Assembly (NCBI RefSeq): GCF_018350175.1
Contig: NC_058368.1
Location: 62,126,001-62,190,000 of the forward strand
Length of the DNA stretch: 64,000 nucleotides
From: Felis catus
Taxonomy: Eukaryota
Direction of reading: 5' to 3'
Shown here: in pieces, positions 39,074-50,610 of the stretch
Numbering within the stretch: the stretch's first letter is position 1
Layout of the letters: each line of letters opens with the position of its first letter
Position numbers and translations under genes: made by a program
Notes under the pieces: model-generated
What the model was told of the DNA's origin: nothing
Seen by the model: the letters and a program-made list of their open reading frames with translations, nothing else
Database searches by the model: none

Positions 39074-39360
39074 GTAAACTATTCAATGGGATGTTGTGTC
39101 ATCTTGGTGGAAAATCCTATTGTACGAGACATTGAGTTTCTATTGGAAATACAGAAAGTAGGAAACGGTGTGCACATCTATTTACTGAATTTTCTCTTTT
39201 GAGGACAGGAATATAATGGAAGGATAAAAAACACAGGGGCTACGCTTAGATTCATGCCACGTGGCACAGCTTAAATCTTCCGAAAATAACACTTGAATTA
39301 AAAATGAATTAATAAATATTAGTTATAATAATACACCGGATTCCAAGGCATTTAAAAGAA

Positions 39361-39562
39361 ATTTTTTAATGTTTATTTATTTTTGAGAGATACAGAGACA
39401 GAATGCGAGTGGGTTGGGGCAGAGAGAGAGGGAAGCACACAATCCGAAGCAGGCTCCTAGCTGTCAGCACAGAGCCTGATGCAGGGTTCGAACTCAGGAG
39501 CTGTGAGATCATGACCTGAGTTGAAGTTAGATGCTCAACTGACTGAGCCACCCAGGTGCCCC
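39361..39562 (-). mobile_element. CanSINE
   Basis: ttttttaatgtttattt...gagccacccaggtgcccc; TSD ggattc(ca/tg)aggcattt on both sides. Confidence 0.95.
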
Positions 39563-39592
39563 TGGATTCTGAGGCATTTAAGAGCAGGGATT

Positions 39593-39782
39593 TACAAATG
39601 GAATACTATTCAGCTATAAAATGGGAGGAAATCCTGCCATTTGCTAGAACATGGATGGATCTTGAGGGTATTATGCTAAGTGAAATAAATCAGAAAGATA
39701 AATACTGAATACTCTCACTAATATGTAGAATTTAAAAATAAGCAAAAAAAAAACAAAGAAACAGAAAATAAAAATTAAAAAA
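39593..39782 (+). mobile_element. 190-nt L1 insert (ORF2 end and start of 3'UTR) with its own TSD
   Basis: aatggaatactattcagc...atgctaagtgaaataa then A-rich tail; TSD aagagcagggatt at 39580-39592 and 39783-39795. Confidence 0.9.
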
Positions 39783-41039
39783 AAGAGCAGGGATTCTTAA
39801 TCTGGACACTGATGACACAAGGTCAGTAGCTAGCACTATTTCTTTGTATTACTTTCTAAATACCTTCAAACTGGGAGTTCCAGCAAAATTATCAAAACCA
39901 ATCTTATCATTTAAGAATTAGAGATGCACTTTAATTAAAGGGGAAAAATGGAAGAAGGGTGAGAGTTAACAAGCAATTGATAGTTATTATAAGAACTATT
40001 TTGTTGGTAAGCAATTAAATAAAAAAGAATTGAACTAGAATTGTTAGTCCACTTTAATTCCCCCACCCACTTAAATAAATACGTATCATAGATAAAGAAA
40101 TACAAATTCAGAAAATGTGCAAGACATTCCCCACAACTGAAATCTAACTGAACAATATGACTGTAGCAATAGGTGTCTGATACCTGTTCCCTTACTTTTA
40201 CAATAACAACAATGACAGCACCAATAATATTAGGCAACATTGGGTGTTTCTTATGGGCCAGGTACTATTCTGTGCCCTTTATATGTATTAATTCATTGAC
40301 TCATTCTCAAAATAACCCAGGATTTTTTTTATCGGTTCCATATTTCATTCTGTTCGTAATACAAATATATTTTGCATTGTAATTATTTTATTCCATCCCA
40401 TTTCTGTCAAGGGATAAAATAAGTACATCACAATTCACAAAAAGCAAATGTCTCCAATTACTAAATAATGAGGTAATTATGAAAAATATTTTGCTTTTCT
40501 TAACCACTTCAAGATACTAGAATATTGGCTAGTCTCTCCTGACTTTGCATTTATCTGCTTCTCTGGAACAGTTCCTAGTCCTTTAACAGAATTGAAATGC
40601 TATTACAAATTAAAATGTTATATAACATCTAAACCGGGCCTTTATCCATAAGCTAGGTTTTAGAATTAAAAGAAAAAAATAGGCTAGAGCCCTCAAAGTT
40701 TTTCCAAAAGAAAAATACCAATCACATCATTATCTTTTTAGGGAACAAACTTCTCTTCATTTTTATAACTACCACATCCTTTTTCCCACACCATACTTTT
40801 TGGTTAATGATTGTGGTTCCATTTGATATCATTAGAAAATTCATAGATCTTTTTCAATAAATAAATTTCAATATATAAAAATATAAAAAGTTACCTACCA
40901 TGTGTTTTAAGGTAGTCGGCTGCAAAATTAAATGTCCATTGAGATCAGCACGTGAGGAATAAATGAGAAGCATCAGAAGCGCCCATGCAAACATCGTACT
41001 GAGGGAGCGTTGTCCTAGTTTCCGCAGATCCTTGCTCCT

Positions 41040-41437
41040 TAGAACATTCTGCAGAGGCTGGGTGGAACCCACTCAAAATCTGGTTTGTATGTCATAAAAT
41101 GATGCTGCAGACACACACAGAAAGGAATAGAAAAGTTTATTACTAGCATAGTAAGAGTTTTGGGGGAGAGCAGAGTAAGCCTCCTGAGTGAGTCTGAAAT
41201 GGTTTGTGAGAGTCTGAAAGGAGACTGGCTTGGGGTTTTTATCATAGTGAGGGTGTGGGGCTGGACACCACATTTCTAGTTGTAGGCACAGGTGTCCCAG
41301 TTGTTTCTGGGATTTGAACCTCACACCAAGTGAGGGAGCACATAGACGTTGAAATGTAGGCCAGGAAGTGAAGAGAGAGTGAAGCCTGAAAATATATAGC
41401 ACTCAAATATTAAAAACTGAAGTCAGACTAGATTACA
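41040..41437 (-). mobile_element. ERV solo LTR (probably ERVL class; family uncertain)
   Basis: Minus strand starts TGTAATCTAGTCTGACTTCAG and contains a TATA-like GATAAAAACCCC and AATAAA (plus tttatt at 41137-41142); the 3' boundary is approximate. Confidence 0.65.
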
Positions 41438-43029
41438 TTTGTTATGTCAGTATTTTCTCCAAGTACTGTCACATTTGTTATTAATGCAGGAAATCTATCA
41501 ATCTTTATATATTTGCTTTAATAAAATAGGAAAACTATATAGATGAATCCAACCCATCAGCACCCTTGTTTCAAACTACTACTTGCCAGTTTGTGATTTG
41601 TGTACTAATGGTAAATTGAGAGTTCTTTATGTCAGTAGATATTTTAAAGGAGATATCCTCAAATAAAGGAATTTAGTCTGCTAAAAGGAAGATTCTGATG
41701 ATAAAGTAGAGGTTTTAAATGATGGAGAATGACAGGTGAAATTAAATTGGTGATGAGAAAGGAAATAAATTTCATCAACAAAGGGAGAAAGTAGAATGCT
41801 AGCGTTTAAAATGTCCATGTTAGTAAAAAGCAAAACAGATCAGAAAATTTAAATATAAATCATGAAAAAACTTTACAATAAAAACTATCCAGTTTCATGG
41901 AGGAGTTGGACATCTTAAAGAGATACATTTTCCTGGGGGCTGATGAGAATGTGAAATAGGTAAAACATAAAACAGGAGCAGAAGAAGGGATTTGCCTTCA
42001 TTATATGCACACATACATATCTATTCTTTTATGTGTGTATATTATTTCTGGAGTACCTTTATTATCTTTGTCTATTTTTAATAATCATATTGATTTGTTT
42101 TATAATTCTCATATCATATATTAAATGTATCTTTCTTCTTATTATTAACAGAATGCTATATTTTCCTGAAGTTCATTATTATTTTCTGTGTTTTTTGCTT
42201 AAAATTCTGCTTTAAATCCCTATTATCTACTTGCTTATCATTGATTTTCTGAATCGCCTTTCCTTACAGGTATCAACTACTCATACTTAACTGTCAGTAA
42301 GTGTTAACCTTATTACCTCTATTGTTTGTTTTATTAAACTGTCTGTCAGCCACATTATGCAAACATGTTTGAAACAGATTGTGTGCTGTTCTGTTGTGTT
42401 TTCAACAGATGTCTAGTTAATTGGAATTTCTCATAGTTGGACTGATTGTGTGAGCTTTCTAGAAATATAGAAACACCACAGCACATACCTTTTCTGTTGG
42501 AAGGAAGCCATATTTGTTTGTTTTGTTTTGTTTTTTTTTTATTTCTACATTGACTGTTCCCAATTGTACACATTTATTTAATAATTTATACATATGTCTC
42601 CTTTTACTAAACGTAAAACACTTCATTGGTTGGTGTCTTTAACAACTATGTAGGTGAAAAGTAGTCCCGTCCTGAAGGAGAGTCATGGAAATACCAAAAT
42701 GCAAAGGAAGGCAACACTCAAATTAACTATATGATAACAAAGCAAAAAGGGACCAAAACTAAAATGCATTGGTTTCTAATAGCCACTGATGTATGGAAAG
42801 GGAAAGCAAACAATTGAGCTCATCTCCTATATGGTAAACTTGGGTGTAGATGTAGAAACCATGTTTATCAAATTTGTAAATGATACAGCTTTCTCACATA
42901 GATCTCACAAACCAGAAATCAGTATTATTTGCTGACCTATTATAATGGTATAACAAAATTCTAGGAAATTCATTAAATTTATATTTAATATAAATGAAAA
43001 AATAGAATTTATAATTTTAGCAGATTATA

Positions 43030-43260
43030 TTATATGTCTATTCCCAGTTCAGACCTCTCATTTGAACTCCAAGTTTGCGATTTTAATTGCCTCCTCATTC
43101 CAATGTGGACATCACTCTTCTGTTCAAAATCTTCCAGGAGTTTTCCTTTTTACTCTAATTAAAAGCCTAATGTATTACAGTAGCCCACAAGTTCTGTGCC
43201 ATTAGGCCTCTGTTATCCTGTTGAACTCTTTTCTTACCGCTCTCCATAGCACAAACCATG
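43030..43260 (+). mobile_element. L2 remnant
   Basis: cccagttcagacctctcatttgaactcca...cactcttctgttcaaaatcttcca. Confidence 0.6.
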
Positions 43261-43294
43261 GCTCTTCATATATATTAAACATATACTTGTGTTT

Positions 43295-43890
43295 GTGTGT
43301 GTTTTGATTGCAAAATAATAGCAACTTTCCATTCAACCCTGTATCCATGCTTTTTGCAATGTGACCTTGCAGCTTCTCTCTTTAAAAAGTAAAACCTGTT
43401 TATCCATGCCTTGTATCTGGATGGTTCCTGTGGTTTTCTTTAGCTTCATAAAATATGTATGGAGTGATGGTGTGCAATTTGTGGGGCTATGCCATAAGTG
43501 CCTTGCCCACTTCTATTATCTCTCATGCGTACCTGCCTCCCTTATGGGAAGAAATTAATCTGGGCTGATGGAAAATAAGAGACCATTTGGAGAAGAACCT
43601 GTTTGTCCCAGCCAGGGACCTTCTAGACCAGGCTACAGTCAGCCAAGCCCCAAATGTGTGGAACACAAAAACAAAAACCCCAGACAAATTTACCAGAGTT
43701 GCTTACTTGATCCACAGCCAGATGCAGATACATGGGGGAGTCCAGCCAAAATTGGAAAAGCTACCCAGATGATGCATAGACTCATGAGCAATATAAATGC
43801 TTATTGTTAAAAGGTTCATGATAAGTTTTTGTTCGGTTTGGTTGGTCTGTTTATTTGACTTGATTGTTTTTATCACTACTATTTTCCAGC
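43295..43890 (+). mobile_element. MaLR LTR (MLT1G/H-like)
   Basis: ccctgtatccatgctttttgcaatgtgaccttgcagc...ataaatgcttattgtt. Confidence 0.75.
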
Positions 43891-45704
43891 ATATAAAATA
43901 ATGTCTGACTCATTTTAAGTGCTCAATAAATTATTATCTATGTTTTGGATCCTTTTTAAAGCTAATTAGAATATTTTTCCAATTGAATATGTGGCTTCTA
44001 AATGGTATTTAGTATCCATACTGAAGCATGTTTTGTTTTGTTCTGTTTTTTTTTTTTTTTTTCTGGATATATATTGAGTTTACAGACTTCACTTACTATC
44101 AGGAAAATAATGTTTTGTATAAATTATAGAAACTTTAATAGACATCAGAATGGTCAGAAGTAAAATTTCATAATGTGAATATAGGATACAGAATCCCCAT
44201 TGCTTGCTGAATTGAGTGTAGACTGATGCAGATATCCTGGAGGTAGGAATGGTGGTAATAAATAAAATTAAACATAGTTGTTATATACCCCAGCATTACT
44301 TCTAGATAAATATCCAAAATAAAATCTTACACCAGTCCCTAAAAGAAAATTTATTAGAATATTCACTATTGTTCTATTTGTGGGTTAGGTGGTTGTATAG
44401 GCAATGGAGAGACTCATCAGTACTGGAATAAATGAGTAGCCTTTGGTAGAGATGCACTCTTGAATAACATGGCATTTAGAAGCAACACACAAGATGAGCA
44501 GTCATAAATAAGAGTAGAGCTTAAAATCGTGGTTCCTAAAAAAAAAAATAGAAAGAGAATAGAGTCTATGTAACATTATCATTTCATTTTTATATTAAAA
44601 TTTAAAACCATAAAATAAAATGATACCTTCTGTAAGAACACACACAAGTGAAAGGATTCTCATCAAATACATCAGAATGGTTTATTGTGCTGCAAGTAGG
44701 GAATGGAAGGAGTGAATGGAAAGAAAATGGAATGAATTAATAGATCAATAAAATAAGTGAGGGGTTGTGCAGACCAACCAGTGCTGGTATTAGGCCATAT
44801 ATAGACTATGACTAATTCTCTATATCTGTAGTTTAAAAATATATGAAATAATAATAATAATAATAATAAGTCTAAATGGGAAGATAAACTCAGTCAATTT
44901 TACACATTATAGATCTATTTTTTGAGAAGAAATAACACAAACAATAATTGATATCTGTTTCTACAATATTTGTTGAGATCTGAGGGGGAAGAAGTTTAAG
45001 ACTCCACATTTTGTAAGAGCAATTCATTCTGTTATTTTTTGGCTTTGTAACTTTAAATTGCTGTATATTATTAACCTTTGTAATTTATCTCAAGTGTGTA
45101 AGTGATTTTGAACAATTAATTGATTAAAGATTTAATGGGAAATCTTTATTACTAATTCAGGGACTTAGGACTCAAGCACCTTCAAGTATTTTAGAATCTC
45201 TTGACTACCGATATTTGATATTTAATTTCAGACAATTGCTCTTTGTCTGCTAAATATAATATACAATACTTTTTCCTGGATTGATTTGTTTTCTTCTGAT
45301 TATACTTATTGTATTTAATCTAAATTAAGTGATATTTTCTATTTAAAAATACTATAATTTAAAATGTTCAATTAATTCCATTTGTACTTTCTGTCTTCAT
45401 CATGCTATTGATGTTTTTTTTTTTCCATGCTTATCACCATATTTTCAATATCCAGGTCATTTTGTCTGATCATTTTGTTAGTCTACTCAAGTGCTGTCAA
45501 AATAGTTGTTTCTCTACTGTATTTTGAAATAGTTTTTGCTTTCACTCTGAGGTCATTGGATGTTCTTTTGAATTCTTTCTATTCTTTTCCTTAATTGACC
45601 CTCCTACTCTCAACTACCTTTAGATATAGAAGGGTTTAAGATTCAGTCCTGGGTCTTTACTCATTATTTTCAACACCTCCATGTAGATTTTGCATAGAAA
45701 TTTC

Positions 45705-45920
45705 TTTTTTTTAATGTTTATTTATTTTGAGAGAAAGAAATATATAGACAGAGAGCAGAGGAGGGGCAGAGAAGGAGGCAGACAGAGGGAAAATCACAAG
45801 CAGACTTCACACTGTCAGCACAGAGCCTGATGTGAGGCTCAAACGCATAAACCATGAGATCATGACCTGAGCAGAAACCAAGAGTCAGATGCTTAATTGG
45901 TTGAGCCACTCAGGTGCCCC
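45705..45920 (-). mobile_element. CanSINE inserted in L2-like sequence
   Basis: TSD tgcataga(a/c)atttc at 45691-45704 and 45921-45934; ends caggtgcccc. Confidence 0.95.
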
Positions 45921-46598
45921 TGCATAGACATTTCAAGCATAAGTTCAAATGGATATTTGATTACCACCTCTACCACCCATATCTGTTAGTAGCCTTCTGT
46001 ATCTTAGATAATTTATCAGTATTTACCAAGTTTTGTAATCAAGTGATCTTGATTATTTTCCTTCTCCTGCAACTTTCACATAAACAGATCTTAACATTTC
46101 TAGCTCCAAATTATTTCTCAAATGCGTTTGCTTACTTCATCTTTACTACTAACATATCCCAGGTCACTACTATCTTTAGCATCAAGTATAATACTTTTCT
46201 CATTTGTCACATAACCTCTTCTGTCTCCAAACCTCCAATTCATCACACTTAATATAAATAACTTCTCCCTTAAAACCATTAATAACTTTCCCATTGCTCC
46301 TCATCAACAGTATTAAGGAACTGCATGATCTAGGCCCTTTTTTTTCCTTCAACCTAATCTAACCCCTTTCTTTTCCTGTTTTATTATTATCCAGCCATAC
46401 TGATATATTTTTTCTTCCAATACTACTAATTTACAATCTGTCTACATATTTGTCCATCTTGGCCATCTTGTATAAATGGAATCATGTAATATGGGCTTTT
46501 TGTGTTAATTTATTTTCATTCAGAATGTTTTCGAAGTTTATCAATGTGGTATTTATCAACATTTCATTCCTTTTTATGCACACATAATATTTAAATTC

Positions 46599-46800
46599 TT
46601 TTTTTAAGTTTATTATTTATTCAGAGAGAGAGACAGGGAAAGAGAAGAGGATAGGGCCAGAGAGAGAAAGAGAATCCCAAGCAGGCTCCACACTGTAAGT
46701 GCTAAACCTGGTGCCGGGCTCGAACTCACAAACCATGAGATCATGACTTGAGCCAAAATCAAGAGTTGGACGCTTAACCGACTGAGCCACCCAGGTGCCC
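46599..46800 (-). mobile_element. CanSINE
   Basis: Ends gagccacccaggtgccc; cacacataat repeated on both sides. Confidence 0.94.
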
Positions 46801-46949
46801 AGTACACACATAATATTTAATTTTTTTGAGCCAATGTTCCATTTCAAATAAATTACTAACATGCTTATATTTGCATAAAAATAGCATCCAATGTTTCCTT
46901 ATCACAAGTCATGGGAAAAACCTAGATCTATCTAAAGGAAAGGAACCAC

Positions 46950-48730
46950 TTCCCTGATGGTGTATTAAGGACCTCAGAAAATCTGATCTTCCATAAAAGG
47001 AACATGGATCCTGGGAAAATTGTCAAAATAAAGTGTTTTTTTAACTCTGGAAATTAATGAAAGGCTTAAAAAACCTGAGAAGTTATTTAAGAAATATATC
47101 TGATTGTCAGTATGAATGGCAATTTTCTGGGATTTTAACTTGTCCTGTTCCCATTACTTCTTCCCAGCTTTTTGGGAGCTTTGAAAACCAACAGTTAGCT
47201 TTACAGTGAGGTAACTGTGAAAGCCAACACAATATCCACTGAAGAAATCAGAATGGGTGTGTACGTCCCCCAAAACACTCTCCCTAGATAGTTACTAACT
47301 ATCTGAATAATGAAGCATAATTTAGAGCTATGAAACTATTTTGTATGATACTATAATGGTGAGTACATGGCAGTATGCATTTGTCAAAATGCACAGAAAG
47401 ACACAGCAAAAAAAGTGAACCTTAGTGTATAGAAATTTTTTTGAACATTAATTATTAACGTTAGTGATTCCAGAATGGAATATAGACTGTGACAAAAAAA
47501 CCCCACAAAACTGTGTTTTAAGTATTAAACAATTTAATGGAAGCAGTGGGGGGAAAATGTTACTGATCCAAGCGACTTTGGAAATGAGTGGTAACTCTAA
47601 GAAAAAGACCAAACCACTTAGGCAGTGTGCACTGTAGTTAGCCAAGTTGTTTCTCAGTGGGGAAGATTAACAATTCTGAAGCTACTACACTTGCCACTGG
47701 CGTACTGGGATTGAACAAATAAATAAGTGGATGGTTGATGGTGAGAGCTAGTTTTCTCGCTGTTGGAGTGGAAAGTCATAGACAAGAAGCACTGGGGAGG
47801 CTATAATGAACCATGTGATGGCAGGTTAGAGTTGGTCACATAAGTATGAACTCATGTTTAGCTCAATGTAGATACAGATGAATAAACACGAAACTGAGTT
47901 ACACGCGCATGCACACACACACACACACACACACACATTTCCAATAGCTGTTTGCTGAGAGAGCCTAGAACCAATGATACTCTAAGAACAAGTACACTCA
48001 ATAGTCAATTACTAAGATCTTGTTTTCAAATGCTAATGTAAAAAGGAACCAGGGATCCTTGGGGAAATTACAGATTTTAAGATTGGACCAGGGGATATAC
48101 GAGCTGAGCCTGGAGTATCCTGTATACCTGAAAGTAAGGATATGCTAAGAAATTCAAACTGGTATAAATATGTCAAAGGAGCACAGGATCCAATTAAAAG
48201 AGCTTCCAATGGCTAAAGTTGAAAAAATTTAAGCGCCTTAAAATATAAAGTAATATTGAATTATAAACTAAACCATAAATAGGTACCTACAAGTCCATTC
48301 TAATATTAATGATTAATAAGATAATAAATGAAGGGTAAATAAAACTTCCATTCATAATTCTAAATAATTTATATAGATACTTTCTTCTCAAGAAAGTAAA
48401 ACATAACTCCCCACTTATTATGTGTGTGAAGCACATAGTGATTTCCTCCCAAAGAGTCCTGGATGGAAAGGGTGCATAATAAGTAACTACAGTAGACATC
48501 TTGATAAACACTGTCTCAGCCAGGTGGACAAGGTCAATATCAACAGTCATAAACCAGGCCCAAAGTACGTACTCAGGATAGTACTTGATGAGAATGGTTC
48601 TTTCACTATGTTTCTTCCTCATATAAACGCAAAACCCAAATCTAATTATAAGAAAGACATCAGACAAACCTAAATTGAGAAAAATTATACAAAACCCCTG
48701 ACTAGTACTCATCAAGCCTATCACAGTTCT

Positions 48731-48786
<56 letters not shown>

Positions 48787-49100
48787 GAAAGAAAGAAAAA
48801 AAGGCTGTGAAACCCTCAAAACTAAAACTAAGGTGATATGTATGATTTAGTATGATGACTAAAGGTAATATGGTATTCTGGATGCAGTTCTAGAAAAAAA
48901 AGATATTAGTTAAAAACTAAAGATATAGGAATAAAGTATGAACTCTAGCTAATAATAACACGTCAACATTGTTTCATTACTTGTGTTGAATATATCATAG
49001 TAATGTAAGATCTTAACAAGAGGGGAAGCTAGGTATGGGATATACAAGAATTCTGTACTAACTTTGTAAAATATCTTTAAATCCAAATTATTCTTAAATG
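46950..49100 (+). mobile_element. Ancient L1 (L1MC/L1MD-like): short 5'-end piece joined to a long 3'UTR; contains (CA)n at ~47912 and (GAAA)n at ~48731-48800
   Basis: gaaactattttgtatgatactataatggt...catttgtcaaaa...gtgaacctta; aataaagtatgaactct near the 3' end. Confidence 0.7.
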
Positions 49101-50114
49101 TATATTTGAAAATATCACATATTGGGGAAAATAGAGATAAATATGATTAAAGAGAATGTAAGATAATTAGATTATACATCCAGGGATATATATACATATT
49201 GTATATTTATATATTATATGTAATAATTATATAACTATATGATATAGTACAATAATTAAAATAATATAATCATATATAGAGTATATACATAGATACAATA
49301 AATATACACAGTATGTATAATAATATTATATACTGTATACTTGGGTATATATGTAATAATAAACTCGAGATAGATCTCAGGCTTTGGGAGAAAAATATTT
49401 ATTTGGCACCTGACAAAATTTAGGAAATAAGTGCAAAACATGTAACCTGATAACATGTTTGAATTTCCAACATCAAAGGAAATGTAAAGAAAATATAAAG
49501 ACAAATTATCTCTGTGATGCTGGTAATGTCTTAAGAGTCACAGAGAAAAATATTAGTATTAAATATTCACTGAATCAATTGTTGAAGGTATTTTAATAAG
49601 AGTCTTCTCTGATTTCTACATCATCAGTCGTAATCATGGCCATCTTCTCATAATAGCTAATAATATTTGAATGCTTGCCATACACAAGTCATTTTCTCAG
49701 CTTTGTAATGGATTATGGTGTTTAAACTTTTGGACATTCAATTCTTATTATTTCTGCTTCACAGAAGAGCAGCATAAGGCTCAGATGGTTTGGTAACTAA
49801 CACCAAATCATTACACATTTAATTATTTATATCTACATGTGTTTAAGAGATACTGCAGACAACTGAGAAATTTACAAAATTTATTCAATAATTGACAAAT
49901 GTCTATAAATCTGTAATCAGTTATATTAGGATATCTGAATAGTACTTGATAATATGATTTTGAAACAGAATTATCAAAACAATTTAAGTTAAGCTTTTTA
50001 AAAAATTCCCAAGGTTCAAATAAACTGAATCTACACTTCTGAAAGAAACATGGTATCATTTTTTTCAAATGTCTGGCATTATTTGTGTGCATTAAAGTTT
50101 ACTAGGTCATATGA

Positions 50115-50610
50115 TGTATGTCCTGGGTTTTCTGGGGGGGCTCCATTCCATTTCATGTTCCATCTCACTTAGTTGAGAATGTTGGAAAATTAGGAACTAT
50201 ATTGCCCAAGCACTTGCACCTGGGGATTTCAACTGAACACTTCATGTACTATTTTGAGACTGGGAAGCAAAAATTAGTTACTGGTCACTTTACTGCAGTA
50301 CCTGACTGATGCTAGTGGCAAGCAAGGACATGGAAATATGAGCCATCCCTGGGACATCCTTCCTCTCTGGTTTTGTCTCCTGGGTGTGAGAGGTAGCTAT
50401 GGCAGCAGCAGTGATTTTCTGCTCCTGGTTTAGCCCCATGCAAGCAAACTGAAATACAGTACAGTTCACTCATATCTGTAATGTTCTTGCGGGAAACTCA
50501 AAATAGAGCCTGTTTTTCAGTTCTCCCATCTATTTTGTAAACACCCTAGATTAAATCCCTTCCTACCTTAAATGCCTAGACTGTTTTCTTTCCTTTACAC
50601 AACTGATACA
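50115..50610 (+). mobile_element. ERVL-type solo LTR (LTR33/41/67-like)
   Basis: TG...CA ends; 3' end attaaatcccttcctaccttaa...aactgataca. Confidence 0.55.

Noticed and set aside
48287..48724. 145-aa hydrophobic minus-strand ORF
   Set aside because: Antisense to an ancient L1 3'UTR; composition reflects T-richness
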